64,000 nt of DNA from an uncultured Saprospiraceae bacterium (lineage in GTDB: Bacteria; Bacteroidota; Bacteroidia; Chitinophagales; Saprospiraceae): assembly GCA_963837355.1 (NCBI GenBank), contig CAWIMY010000001.1:18714-82713 (forward strand). The letters run 5' to 3'. Below, piece after piece: positions 40,919 to 51,428 of this stretch. Both the position numbers and the translations under genes were made by a program. Positions within the stretch are counted from its first letter, which is position 1. Every line of letters begins with the position of its first letter. The notes under the pieces were generated by a model. That model did no database searches. It had not been told where the DNA came from and saw only the letters and a list, made by a program, of their open reading frames with translations.

Positions 40919-43900
40919 ATGAAATCATTTAACAAGCTCAGTACCCTCACAGGATGGTTGATGTTTACTGTAGCCGCAGTCGTGTATATCCTTTCTGCCG
41001 AACCCACGGCTAGTTTGTGGGATTGTGGAGAGTTTATTTCTGCCGCCGACAAATTGGAGGTTGTTCACCCTCCTGGAGCGCCTTTATTTCTCATGCTTGG
41101 GCGAATGTTTGCCTATGTAGCAGAACTAGTGTCTAATGATCCTAGTAATGTCGCTTATGCTATTAATGTCATGTCGGGACTTAGTACGGCCTTTTTAGTG
41201 CTGTTTATTTGCTGGTCCACTATTATGCTCACCAAATTGGCCGTTGTTGGACGCAATGCCACGCCTCAGCCAGGGGGAGAAACTATTTCTATTTTAGGAT
41301 CGGGGGTTGTTGCTGCTTTAGCAACTACATTTGCCACCTCGGTTTGGTTTTCTGCGGTAGAAGGAGAGGTGTATGCGATGTCCTCGGGTTTTACGGGCTT
41401 AGTAATGTGGGCTTCTGTTAAATGGTATACCTCTGATCATCCCAAAGCCGACCGTTGGTTGATTTTTATTGCTTATATGATGGGGCTTTCCATTGGTGTT
41501 CACTTGTTGAGCTTATTGGCTTTCCCTTTCTTGGGGGTTCTATTTTATTACAAGAAAGCAGAAACGGAGGCGGATATGGTCAAATTTAGTTGGCTATCTA
41601 CGCTCAAAGGCTTTTTAGGGGGCTTTGGTGCCTTGGTACTTGTCCAATATTTTATTATTCCGCGTTTGCCGCAAATGGCAGCGGCGGTTGACTTTATGTT
41701 TGTCAATGGCCTTGGTATGAATATCGGAACAGGAGTGTTGTTTTTCATTTTACTCTTGTTTGCTGGTATTATTGGCGCGTTGGTTTATGCCCATAAAACG
41801 ACTAATTATTACTTGCATTTAGGAGTAATGATGGTTGCTATGATTTTGATCGGGTTCTCTTCTTATGGGATGGTGGTTGTTCGTGCGAATGCACAAGCAG
41901 CAATCAATATGAACAATCCTAGTGATCCCTACAGCATGTTGTCTTACCTCAATCGCGAGCAATATGGAACGCGTCCGTTGATTTACGGCCCGCATTTTGC
42001 CGCTGAGCGCAACAATACTTATCCCAAAGACAAAGACGTTTACCGCCCTGTAGAGAAGGACGGTAAGTTAGTTTATGGCATTGTAGATCAAAAAGTAGAT
42101 GTTGGTTATAAGAGCCAAGATATGATGTTGTTCCCTCGTTTGGGGCACTTTGATCGCGCTGGAGAATACAAAAAATGGTTTGAATTGGGTCCTTCAGGCA
42201 AGCCCACGATGGGCGATAACCTCGGTTTCTTCTTTGAATACCAGTTGGGGTATATGTACTGGCGCTATTTTGCTTGGAATTTTATTGGCCGTCAGAATGC
42301 CAACCAAGGAACGGATGGCAACAGCATTCGCGGTAACTGGATTTCAGGAATCGCTCCCATTGACGAATTGCACGTGCATGACCAAAGTGGTCTGCCAGAA
42401 TACATTCGAGAAGAAAAATCTAGAAATACCTACTATTTCTTACCCTTTATTTTGGGGCTAATTGGGTTGGCGTTCCACGCCTCCAGAAGACCTAGAGAAG
42501 CGGCTGCTTTGGGTGTTTTATTCCTAATGACAGGCGTAGCCATTATTGTCTTTACCAACCAGCCACCCCGCGAACCTCGTGAACGGGATTACGTTATTGT
42601 TGGTTCTATCTTTACCTTCTGTATGTGGATGGGGATGTCCGTGCCGTATATCTATATGCGCCTCAAAGGCAAAATTTCTAGTTCTGCTGCGGCTGGCTTG
42701 GCCTTAGTTATTGGGTTGGTGCCTCCTATTCTAATGGGTGCCGAAAACTGGGACGATCATTCTAGAGCCGATCAATATGGTGCTAGAGATTATGCCATCA
42801 ATTTCTTGGAGTCTTGTGCGCCCAATGCGATTATCTTCACCTACGGGGACAACGATACCTATCCATTATGGTATGCCCAAGAGGTGGAAAATATCCGTCC
42901 TGATGTACGCGTCGTCAACTTTAGTTTGTTGGCGGTAGATTGGTACATCGACCAATTGCGTAGAAAAATTAACGAATCGGACAAAATCGAAATGAGCATT
43001 CCTACAGAGGCTTATCGCGGTAAACTCCGTAACTATTTGCCCTTTAGAGAAACACAAGGGGATCGGTTTGTCAACTTAAACGATGTGGTCAAATTCATTG
43101 GCTCTACGCCAAAAGACATGAATCCACAAGCCTTGCAACAATATGCGAGTTATATTCCTGCCCGCAACGTTTTCTTACCTGTTGACAAAGAACAAGCCAT
43201 CGCCAATGGCGCTATCAACAAAAGTATTCCTGACTCTCTTATCTTGCCTGCGGTCAAATTCCGCTTGAAAGAAGGACAGTTCATGATGAAAGATGAAATT
43301 GCTTTGTTGGATATTATTTCAACCAACGCAGTCAACGGCTGGAAACGCCCCATCTATTTCGCGGTCACTTGTCGCCCCGAAAAAATCATGGGCCTCAAAG
43401 ATTACTTGATGCTCGAAGGAATGGCCTTGCGCATTGTGCCTTACAAAACGCCTAGTCAGAGCCAAACGGCTATTTTGATGGGGGGCTTAGATGCGGATTT
43501 GATGTACCAAAACATGGTGGGCACAGAAGAGGAACCTGCTGATTTCAAATGGGGGAACTTTGATAAGAAAGAGGTCTTCATTAACGAGAGCTACATGCCC
43601 TCGGTACACAGTTTACAGTATGCTTTTATTCGCTTGACGGATGAATTGCGTCGCCGTGGCGAAAACGAGCGCGCGATTAAAACCGTCGATAAGTTTTTCG
43701 AGGCCTTCCCACACATGAATTTTCCTTTCCCACAGAGCCGTATGGCTTTGCAAGCGATGGGTTTTTATCTGCAACTTGGTGCCGAAGAACAAGCTAAAGT
43801 ACAGATGCAAACGATGGCTGATGCCTTACAGGATCGTCTAGATTACTATGTCGGCTTGACCGACCCGATGGATCAACAGGCCTTTGGCTTAGAGACGCGC

Positions 43901-44023
43901 GAAGCGATGGGTATGGCGCAACAGTTGTTGCAGTTTAGTACCATGCTGAAGGATGAGGACTACAAAACGGCGTTGCAGCAGCAGTTGCAACCGTATGTGC
44001 CCCAACAGCAGCCTGGTGGTTAA
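40919..44023 (+). CDS. DUF2723-type large polytopic membrane protein (GT-C-like glycosyltransferase candidate)
   Basis: 1034 aa. It has the N-terminal SLWDCGEFI motif and many TM helices, followed by a soluble C-terminal half. Confidence 0.65.
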   Translation: MKSFNKLSTLTGWLMFTVAAVVYILSAEPTASLWDCGEFISAADKLEVVHPPGAPLFLMLGRMFAYVAELVSNDPSNVAYAINVMSGLSTAFLVLFICWSTIMLTKLAVVGRNATPQPGGETISILGSGVVAALATTFATSVWFSAVEGEVYAMSSGFTGLVMWASVKWYTSDHPKADRWLIFIAYMMGLSIGVHLLSLLAFPFLGVLFYYKKAETEADMVKFSWLSTLKGFLGGFGALVLVQYFIIPRLPQMAAAVDFMFVNGLGMNIGTGVLFFILLLFAGIIGALVYAHKTTNYYLHLGVMMVAMILIGFSSYGMVVVRANAQAAINMNNPSDPYSMLSYLNREQYGTRPLIYGPHFAAERNNTYPKDKDVYRPVEKDGKLVYGIVDQKVDVGYKSQDMMLFPRLGHFDRAGEYKKWFELGPSGKPTMGDNLGFFFEYQLGYMYWRYFAWNFIGRQNANQGTDGNSIRGNWISGIAPIDELHVHDQSGLPEYIREEKSRNTYYFLPFILGLIGLAFHASRRPREAAALGVLFLMTGVAIIVFTNQPPREPRERDYVIVGSIFTFCMWMGMSVPYIYMRLKGKISSSAAAGLALVIGLVPPILMGAENWDDHSRADQYGARDYAINFLESCAPNAIIFTYGDNDTYPLWYAQEVENIRPDVRVVNFSLLAVDWYIDQLRRKINESDKIEMSIPTEAYRGKLRNYLPFRETQGDRFVNLNDVVKFIGSTPKDMNPQALQQYASYIPARNVFLPVDKEQAIANGAINKSIPDSLILPAVKFRLKEGQFMMKDEIALLDIISTNAVNGWKRPIYFAVTCRPEKIMGLKDYLMLEGMALRIVPYKTPSQSQTAILMGGLDADLMYQNMVGTEEEPADFKWGNFDKKEVFINESYMPSVHSLQYAFIRLTDELRRRGENERAIKTVDKFFEAFPHMNFPFPQSRMALQAMGFYLQLGAEEQAKVQMQTMADALQDRLDYYVGLTDPMDQQAFGLETREAMGMAQQLLQFSTMLKDEDYKTALQQQLQPYVPQQQPGG

Positions 44024-44090
44024 CAGTAGGAGCGCGCGCCGCTGAGTTTAGAAACTGCTTTTTGCGCCTTGGGTGTGAAAGGCAGTTTTT

Positions 44091-44132
44091 TGTTCAGTAG
44101 GGTGTGTTGTTAACAACACACCCTACTGAACA
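44091..44132. terminator. perfect 42-bp palindrome (bidirectional terminator or binding site)
   Basis: tgttcagtagggtgtgttgtt|aacaacacaccctactgaaca. It is preceded by a second weaker hairpin plus a T-run (44053..44091). Confidence 0.6.
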
Positions 44133-44192
44133 ACCAATTTCATGAATTAGTCAATTTTTTTTCGGAAATTTGCCGCACAAAAAAGCAGTACC

Positions 44193-45218
44193 ATGAGCAT
44201 GACTTTAGCAGAACGCTTAACCGCCTTGGTGGCTTTAGGCCACTACATCCAGCAGGATACCCCTGAACGGGAACAAGCCTTGCGGCAAACCTATCAACAT
44301 AACAAATGGTTAACCCCCGAGAACAGCTTATTGGCGCTGGAGCGCATTGCCCAAGCTTTTTTGCAGCGACAGGCGTTAGCCGCATGGGCGGCAAACTATC
44401 CGATAAAAGAGCAAACAACAGTCAACAAACGCGTGGGGTTGGTCTTGGCAGGGAACATTCCAGCAGTAGGATTTCACGACGTGTTGTGTTGTTTTGTGGC
44501 CGGGCATAAAGCGCTTCTAAAGTTATCCGACAAAGACAAGTTTTTGATTCCTTATCTATTGGAGGGCTTAATGCAGCTAGACGAGCGTGCGGCGGCTTAT
44601 TTTGAGCCCGTGCTCACCTTAAAAAACTTTGACGCAGTCATTGCGACAGGGAGTAATAACTCAGCACTGTATTTTACACAGTATTTTAGTAAATACCCGC
44701 ACATCATTCGGCGGAACAGAAATGCAGTGGCAGTATTAACAGGTGCGGAAAAAGAAACGGAGTTCTTGAAACTAGGCGAAGATATTTTTACCTATTTTGG
44801 CTTGGGCTGTCGTTCAGTTTCTAAGCTGTATGTACCAGAAGGGTATGACTTTATTCCCTTGTTACGCACCTTAGATCATTATAAAAATCTACACGAGCAC
44901 AACAAATACCGCAACAATTATGATTACAACCGTTCAATTTATTACATCAATGACCAATCACATTTGCTCAATGATTGTTTAATGTTATTGGAGGACGACA
45001 GTTTGTTGTCGCGCATCTCTTCGCTGCATTATAGCCATTACAAGAACCAAACGGCGTTGCAGCAAGAACTAAGCGAGCGCGCCGACGAAATTCAATGTGT
45101 GGTCAGCCAAACCCCTATAGAAGGGGTAAAGGTAGTGCCTTTCGGCGAAAGCCAACTACCTCGGTTAGACGACTATGCCGATGGAGTAGATACAATGGCC
45201 TTTTTATCAGGCTTATAA
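44193..45218 (+). CDS. LuxC-like acyl-CoA reductase family protein
   Basis: 341 aa. LVLAGNIPAVGFHDVLC resembles Bacteroidota proteins annotated as acyl-CoA reductase, assigned from memory. Confidence 0.55.
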   Translation: MSMTLAERLTALVALGHYIQQDTPEREQALRQTYQHNKWLTPENSLLALERIAQAFLQRQALAAWAANYPIKEQTTVNKRVGLVLAGNIPAVGFHDVLCCFVAGHKALLKLSDKDKFLIPYLLEGLMQLDERAAAYFEPVLTLKNFDAVIATGSNNSALYFTQYFSKYPHIIRRNRNAVAVLTGAEKETEFLKLGEDIFTYFGLGCRSVSKLYVPEGYDFIPLLRTLDHYKNLHEHNKYRNNYDYNRSIYYINDQSHLLNDCLMLLEDDSLLSRISSLHYSHYKNQTALQQELSERADEIQCVVSQTPIEGVKVVPFGESQLPRLDDYADGVDTMAFLSGL

Positions 45219-45458
45219 AACAATAAAAAAGCAGCTTTTGACAACGCTTGTTGGGGAGCCCTCTACTATGCTTAGAGCCCGCGCTCCAACAACAGAAATA
45301 AGTAGGTGTATTTTTTGCCTAAGAAAATTCTGAGTGCTGAACGATTAGCAGGACGGATGTTGTTAAAATACTAGCAAACTATATTACTATGCTCTAGCTG
45401 GGCTATTTCCCCAGTTAAATCAAAATCGAAATTTGGGGCATTAAAGTTATGGACAAAC

Positions 45459-45884
45459 ATGATTATTTATTTAACGAGAAGAGAGCATTTTAATGCTGCC
45501 CACCAATTGTGGGTGAACGAGTGGTCAGAGGAAAAGAATTTTGAAGTATTTGGCAAATGCGCCAATAAAAACTTTCATGGGCACAACTATGATTTAATGA
45601 TAACCGTCAAGGGCAAACCCGACCCCGTCACAGGCTTTATCATGGATGCCAAAAAATTGAGCAAGCTGATTAAAGCTAAAGTTTGCGATGTGCTAGATCA
45701 TAGCAATATGAATTTGGATGAGAATTTTTTACCCGAAGGAACTCCTCCGACGACCGAAAATCTAGTCTATTACATTTGGCAAGAACTAGCCGACCACTTG
45801 GATGACAATTGTCGCCTGCATTGTGTCAAGCTCTATGAAACCCGTAATATTTGGGCAGAGTACTATGGCGAGGAAGATTTCTAA
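45459..45884 (+). CDS. queD: 6-carboxytetrahydropterin synthase
   Basis: REHFNAAHQL...FHGHNY...LDHSNMN motifs of the PTPS/QueD family; 141 aa. Confidence 0.8.
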   Translation: MIIYLTRREHFNAAHQLWVNEWSEEKNFEVFGKCANKNFHGHNYDLMITVKGKPDPVTGFIMDAKKLSKLIKAKVCDVLDHSNMNLDENFLPEGTPPTTENLVYYIWQELADHLDDNCRLHCVKLYETRNIWAEYYGEEDF

Positions 45885-46047
45885 ATAAGTCGTCTCCAAC
45901 TACTCGACAGCGTGCCTAAAAAAGAACAGCTATCTTAGTCCACCTTTTGGTGGAATAGGATAGCTGTTGTAGTAATAGGGCAAGGCGTTGGCCTAAAAAA
46001 GAATCCATAAGGCTCAAAGAGCAAACGAAATAGACAGCCGCACTATG

Positions 46048-46758
46048 CTAAGGCAAATAATACTCCCCCCGCGCATTAATGCGCACCTTGGGCAGTTGCT
46101 TTTTTTGCTCAAAATAGCTATAAATCGCCTGCAACTCCTTCCAAAATTTTAAATGAGGACTACTTCGCTGGAGCAACACTTTCCAGTTTTTACTCGGAAA
46201 AATATGCACGGGAATTTGTAGCTGTCCCAAGCGCTGCGCTCGGCTCGCCAATTCGTAGACGGGCTCAATGTAAGTATCGGTAATCGAAATACAGCCCACA
46301 CTAGCACAGCCGCCATGAATGAAAATATCACTACCAGGACGTTGTAGGTGCCCGCGCTTTAGATCCGAGGCATTGGGGTAATTAATTCCTAACGACAAAT
46401 AAAAACGGCTGTTTGGATTAAACCGATCAATAAAATAACAGCCCTCAGGAATCTGCCCATCGCCTTCTTGCCGTTTCGAGCCCAGTCCGCCTGACGTGGT
46501 ACAAAAAGGGTACACCGCGAGCCGCCGAAAATCCTGTTGCGCCAAGCGCCCCCAAATTTCTAATACTTGCTCTTGCTTGAAGGCACGCAAAAAGATTTCC
46601 AGTTGTTCATCCTGCTTGGTCACTTGCCCACGGCTTACCAGCGCCTCTAGACTTGCAGGTAAGGGGGCTTCTGTAGGAGCAGGGGCAAAAGAACAGCCCC
46701 CTAGTAAAACTAGAAGGCTGCTGGATATCAGTAGGGAAATTGTGTTCATAATAATCAT
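46048..46758 (-). CDS. L,D-transpeptidase family lipoprotein
   Basis: Lipobox LLGGCS. Catalytic-type motif IFIHGGCASVGCISI (H...G.S.GC). Confidence 0.65.
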   Translation of the reverse strand: MIIMNTISLLISSSLLVLLGGCSFAPAPTEAPLPASLEALVSRGQVTKQDEQLEIFLRAFKQEQVLEIWGRLAQQDFRRLAVYPFCTTSGGLGSKRQEGDGQIPEGCYFIDRFNPNSRFYLSLGINYPNASDLKRGHLQRPGSDIFIHGGCASVGCISITDTYIEPVYELASRAQRLGQLQIPVHIFPSKNWKVLLQRSSPHLKFWKELQAIYSYFEQKKQLPKVRINARGEYYLP

Positions 46759-46851
46759 TGGTAATAGCTGTCAAAAACAAGGTGTTTTCACTAAAAAAAG
46801 ACCATTTTCCTGACTTTCTCCCTTTAAGAAACTCTAATAGAGCTATTGACG

Positions 46852-48084
46852 CTATCCTCGTTCGGCCTTAGCTTTCGCTTTGGCGGCTTTGCGCTCGGCT
46901 TTGGCTTTCGCTTTGGCTGCTTTGCGCTCGGCTTTTTCCTTCTTTTTGGCGGCCTTAAGTTCTGCGCGAAGTTCGGCTTTGGTCTTCGTATCGACCGTTA
47001 TTAATTTTTCTTCGCGGTCCACGCTTAATTCTGTCACCACATTGGTTGTTCCACCAGCAACGGTTGGTTCTACGCGAATAGGCTCTACGACTTCTACAGG
47101 TTGGTCTTCCATCGCAATAATCGCATTCTCATAAGGATAGTTGTTGGGATCGGCGGCAGTAGGTTGAGCAGCCATTGCAAACAATTCTAAGTCTGCTTTA
47201 TTAAACAGGCTGCCTAAGCTTTTGAGTTGTTCGGTCGTTAAACAAGCGCCTTTAATTTCTTTTTGGACAGCGGTCAACTGTTGATCGGCCGCTAACGTAC
47301 TCACACGGGCACGCATGGCTTCAAAATCAGCACTAGGCATGGGCATACAAATATAATCTGTTGGTATAACGGTCATGCTGCGTTTGGTACGCATTTGTTT
47401 TTGTCCATTGCGGTCAACAATTTGTCGAGTGGTCGTAGTAATTTCTTCTACAATAGAATTGGTACTGCCCTCGCCTTTGACATAGCGTCTGGTAATGGTC
47501 GTTCCCTCTTGTAATTCGGGGGCTGCTGTCGCTGTTTCTTCTTCGTTGGTCGCCACTCCACCACTAAATTGACCACGGCGTTTTTGCTCTGCTTCTGTTT
47601 TGAGTTCGTCCAAGGTACCGTGAACGCGTACATATTGAGGGTTTTGTTCGACTTCGCTTTTCGCTAATTCTTTGGCGCTGTTCATGCCTTCTACGGTCAC
47701 CCCTTCTTTGTTATAATTAACGCGAATTTGGCTACTGCTAGACAAGGCCACTTGGCTTTGTGGAACGGTACTGTACGTTTTTAGCTTCCAAGAATCGCCG
47801 TCTTTGTCTACCACAAAAGAGTTTTCTTTGCCTGCCAAAACGCGCACATTCGATTTGACGGCCTTTCTCTTGTCATCAAATAACAAGGTTACCCAATAAT
47901 CCCCTTCAGGAATATTGGTGACTTTGAGGTTAGACGTTGCTTTGCTGTTTTGGAATTTACTATCCAAGGCAACATTTAAGGCGGCTCCATCAGTGGTAAA
48001 GACAACAAAATCTCCCGATTGGGCGAAAGCAGAAGATAACGCTGTGAAAAATATTATAACGAGCATTGAAATTTTAAAATTCAT
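46852..48084 (-). CDS. secreted protein with DUF4476-like region and Lys/Ala-rich repetitive tail
   Basis: Signal peptide. LTTEQLKSLGSLFNKADLELFAMAA resembles DUF4476. The C-terminus is KAAKKKEKAERKAAKAKAKAERKAAKAKAKAERG. Confidence 0.5.
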   Translation of the reverse strand: MNFKISMLVIIFFTALSSAFAQSGDFVVFTTDGAALNVALDSKFQNSKATSNLKVTNIPEGDYWVTLLFDDKRKAVKSNVRVLAGKENSFVVDKDGDSWKLKTYSTVPQSQVALSSSSQIRVNYNKEGVTVEGMNSAKELAKSEVEQNPQYVRVHGTLDELKTEAEQKRRGQFSGGVATNEEETATAAPELQEGTTITRRYVKGEGSTNSIVEEITTTTRQIVDRNGQKQMRTKRSMTVIPTDYICMPMPSADFEAMRARVSTLAADQQLTAVQKEIKGACLTTEQLKSLGSLFNKADLELFAMAAQPTAADPNNYPYENAIIAMEDQPVEVVEPIRVEPTVAGGTTNVVTELSVDREEKLITVDTKTKAELRAELKAAKKKEKAERKAAKAKAKAERKAAKAKAKAERG

Positions 48085-48373
48085 AATAAAAGTGGATGGT
48101 TAGATAATAAGCGGAAGGCTACCACTACTAGTTCTCAACGGTCAATTATACGCATTTGCAGCGTAGTAGCGCGCTATTCTTACTATAAATAAACAGAAGG
48201 AGTATAGCAACTGTTCTAGGGAGCAACAAAAAGCCGTCCCCCTTTACCCAAAATAAGCGCTATTTTCTACCCGTTTCCTAAAAAAATCTTTTTATTTTGA
48301 AAAATATCTAAGAAAACTACAACACCTATGTTGGATAGATTTTGATACCTCACTACTAAAAATAGAATGCCAC

Positions 48374-48973
48374 ATGGATTTAATGGATATGTTTAAGCAG
48401 CAGATGACCAATACGGTTGTCAACCAATTAACAGAAAAAATCGGCCTTGGTAGCCAAGCACAAACGCAGAGCGCTGCACAAAACGCCTTTGCTACCTTAC
48501 TAGGAGCGATGGGCAAAAATGCCGCCACTCCACAAGGAGCCGAACAATTAAATAAGGCCTTAGAGCAAGACCACGATGGCAGCATCTTGGATAATATTTC
48601 TAGCTTTTTGGGTGCAGGCCCTACTCAAAATGTTGCCCCACGCGCTACCAATGGCAGTGGTATTCTTGCCCACTTGCTCGGAAATAAAGAACAAGGCGTG
48701 GTACAAGGCTTGAGTCAAGTGAACAACATGAGCCCTGAAGCAACGCAAAACTTACTAGCGACCGTAGCGCCTCTAGTGATGGGAGTACTGGGCAAAGCCA
48801 AGAAAAACGAAGGATTTGACGCTAGCGGATTGATGGCTTTGTTAGGACAGCAACAAGCTGCGAAGCAAGCACCAGGACAATTGGATGGCCTGTTGAGTCT
48901 ACTAGATCGCGACGGCGATGGCGGATACATGGACGATATTGGCGGTATGATCGGCGGCTTTTTTGGAAAATAA
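48374..48973 (+). CDS. DUF937-like protein
   Basis: LLGAMGKNAATPQGAEQLNKALEQDHDGSILDN and a Gly-rich tail; family assigned from memory. Confidence 0.55.
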   Translation: MDLMDMFKQQMTNTVVNQLTEKIGLGSQAQTQSAAQNAFATLLGAMGKNAATPQGAEQLNKALEQDHDGSILDNISSFLGAGPTQNVAPRATNGSGILAHLLGNKEQGVVQGLSQVNNMSPEATQNLLATVAPLVMGVLGKAKKNEGFDASGLMALLGQQQAAKQAPGQLDGLLSLLDRDGDGGYMDDIGGMIGGFFGK

Positions 48974-49000
48974 GCGTCCTCTTATCCCGATAAAAAGAAA

Positions 49001-49032
49001 ATGTTGTACAGAGCCTAAGCCTTGTACAACAT
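49001..49032. terminator. hairpin between convergent genes
   Basis: atgttgtaca-gagcctaagcct-tgtacaacat has a 10-bp stem, flanked by aaaa and ttttt. Confidence 0.55.
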
Positions 49033-49059
49033 TTTTATGTTTACTTGATGGTTATCTGC

Positions 49060-50973
49060 CTAAGGGTGCATGCCCTGAATTAAGCGTTTCGACATATTGA
49101 CAAAATTGCGCTCAGAGATCAAGCCGATTAGCTCTTCTCCTTTGACAACAGGCAAAATGTGTAAATTTTCGTCTTTCATCAGTTTAATCACTTCTACCAT
49201 GCGCATCTGCTGCGTCACCGTTTTGGGATTTCGCTTCATAATCTCCCCTATAGTCGTATCTTCAGAGCGTTTCGAAGCTTGTGCAAAATGCTTTAAAATT
49301 AGCTTCGAGGTAATCAATCCCTTCAAATTTCCCTGTCCATCTTCTACAGGCATAGAAGAAATATCGCCCCAATCCATCAATGCCGAGGCAAATTCCAACG
49401 AATCTTCTTCTTGCAAGGTGAAAATATCAGTCGTCATAAATTCCTCTACCAGCAACTGAGAGTGGTCGTATTGGTGAAATTCGTCCAGCTTGGGCAAGGG
49501 CCACTCGTGGGCAGGTTTACTTTGAATTTGATTGTGATAAATAGCTGCCGTGAGCGAGGTTAAGCCCTCGTCAATATGCGTTTCTTTGCGAAACTTGGTA
49601 TAAGCCTGTAAAATCCAGCGCGAGCCGTTCATGTGGCGTTTGGCACGTTCCTCAATAATCCCCAAATAGCGGTCAATATCGCCTGTATCAATGTTGTATT
49701 TTTCCAATCCCTGTCGGGCAATGGGCAACAAAATTTCTTGGGTCAAATCTCGCGCCGAAATCTTTTGGTTGTTCATCCAAGTGAACTTACAATCCATACC
49801 CGAGCGAGCGCCTTTCATGAAATTATCCCGCGCATCGTCAAAGCTCATCTGCTGGCGAATGTCGTCAAAATTCTCCGCCATGCCTTCCATTGTTCCTAAC
49901 CAAAATGCCGTGTTGGCCATTTCATCCAGTACAGTAGGGCCAGCGCCCAATACGCGATTTTCGATCCGCAAGTGCGGCTTTCCATTAGGACTAATGCCAT
50001 AGCAGGGGCGGTTCCAGCGATAGACCGTTCCATTGTGTACTTGTAAGGCTTGTAATTTGGGGGCTTTGCCCGCTTCGATAGCTTCCAAGGAATTTTGCTC
50101 AATATCGCTGCCCAACAAAATGCGGTAGCGCAAAATATCCTCTTTATAAATTTCTAAAATGGATTTGTCCAACCAGTTGTTTCCAAAATTAACCCGCGCG
50201 CTTTTGTGGCGCAAATGATCTTTGGATAGGCGGTTGTCAATGGACTGCGCAAACAAGGCAATGCGCGTTTCATGCCAAAGGCGTTTGCCAAACAAAACAG
50301 GCGAGTTCGTACACATGGCCAATGTCGGGCCTGTAATCGCCTGCGCGATGTTGTACATCTTTACAAAATTCTTTGGCGCGACCTGCAAATGCACTTGAAA
50401 ACTTGTGTTACAAGCTTCTAGCAGCGGCGAATCATGCAGTAAATTCAGCTCATCAATACCATCTAGGCGCAATTCGTAATCTGAACCCCGTAGGCTCTTC
50501 AGGGCAGTCATCAAGGCATGGTAGCGCGGTTTAGGGGTGAGCTGCTCCATACTCAAATCAAACTTGCGCAACGAGGGTAGAATCCCTGTCAACAAAATGC
50601 GCGTATCGTGCTTCGCTGCCGCTTGGTTGAGCAAGCCCAAGTTTTCCCGCAATTCCGTTTCCATCCGCATCAAGGCACTGCCCTCAAACACCTGCGGGTT
50701 CAAGTTCAATTCTAAATTAAACTGCGCCAACTCCGTCGTGAGCCACTCGGGGTGAAAATCTTTTAAAATATCCATCGCCTTATAGGCGGGTTTGTAGTGC
50801 TTGTTGATGAGGCACAATTCCTGCTCCGCGCCAATGCATTTCACATCGTCCTCAAACCAGTCATTTTCCAGCATGTATTCAAACGCCTCTACATCATTAA
50901 GCAGTTGGCGCACAAAATGGCGCATTTCCTCCGCTCCCTGCGAAGCGGCTAATTTGACCCGTTCTTCTCCCAT
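49060..50973 (-). CDS. carboxylate-amine ligase (GCS2-like) fused to a C-terminal CBS pair
   Basis: 637 aa. The N-terminal two-thirds resemble the glutamate-cysteine-ligase family 2. The C-terminal ~130 aa have the CBS-pair pattern (FMTTDIFTL..., LHILPVVKGEELIGLISERN). Confidence 0.55.
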   Translation of the reverse strand: MGEERVKLAASQGAEEMRHFVRQLLNDVEAFEYMLENDWFEDDVKCIGAEQELCLINKHYKPAYKAMDILKDFHPEWLTTELAQFNLELNLNPQVFEGSALMRMETELRENLGLLNQAAAKHDTRILLTGILPSLRKFDLSMEQLTPKPRYHALMTALKSLRGSDYELRLDGIDELNLLHDSPLLEACNTSFQVHLQVAPKNFVKMYNIAQAITGPTLAMCTNSPVLFGKRLWHETRIALFAQSIDNRLSKDHLRHKSARVNFGNNWLDKSILEIYKEDILRYRILLGSDIEQNSLEAIEAGKAPKLQALQVHNGTVYRWNRPCYGISPNGKPHLRIENRVLGAGPTVLDEMANTAFWLGTMEGMAENFDDIRQQMSFDDARDNFMKGARSGMDCKFTWMNNQKISARDLTQEILLPIARQGLEKYNIDTGDIDRYLGIIEERAKRHMNGSRWILQAYTKFRKETHIDEGLTSLTAAIYHNQIQSKPAHEWPLPKLDEFHQYDHSQLLVEEFMTTDIFTLQEEDSLEFASALMDWGDISSMPVEDGQGNLKGLITSKLILKHFAQASKRSEDTTIGEIMKRNPKTVTQQMRMVEVIKLMKDENLHILPVVKGEELIGLISERNFVNMSKRLIQGMHP

Positions 50974-51428
50974 TTGGTGATTTTTTTTGTAGGTGGTTCA
51001 TTGTAATAATACGGCCAAAAAAAGGCTAAAAACAGGCGTTCCCCTAGTCATGGCCTTTTAAAGCTAAAAACTAATTGTTAGTTGAAGAAATCTAGGAGGG
51101 ATATATTTGAATTTTGAGGGGAAATGTTTGGGGGAGGGGAGTATAGTTACCTGCGGTGTTGAAACTTAATTCATCGTTTACTTGTGTTTATGTTTGCTTC
51201 TTTAGAACAATTTGTTTTAAATTGCGTAGTGATTACTACGCAGGACGAAATTTCTACCCAATATTAACTTTTCAGGGGGATAGAAGAACTTAGAAGATTT
51301 AATACACAAGAAAAGTAGAAGTATGCACAACTGTCTTTTCACGGTAATTTGTGTTACCTTTGTTGGCTTTAAGTGTACAATCGTGTCTTCTAATTTTATA
51401 AGTGCATCAATTAACCTTATCTTTAAGA

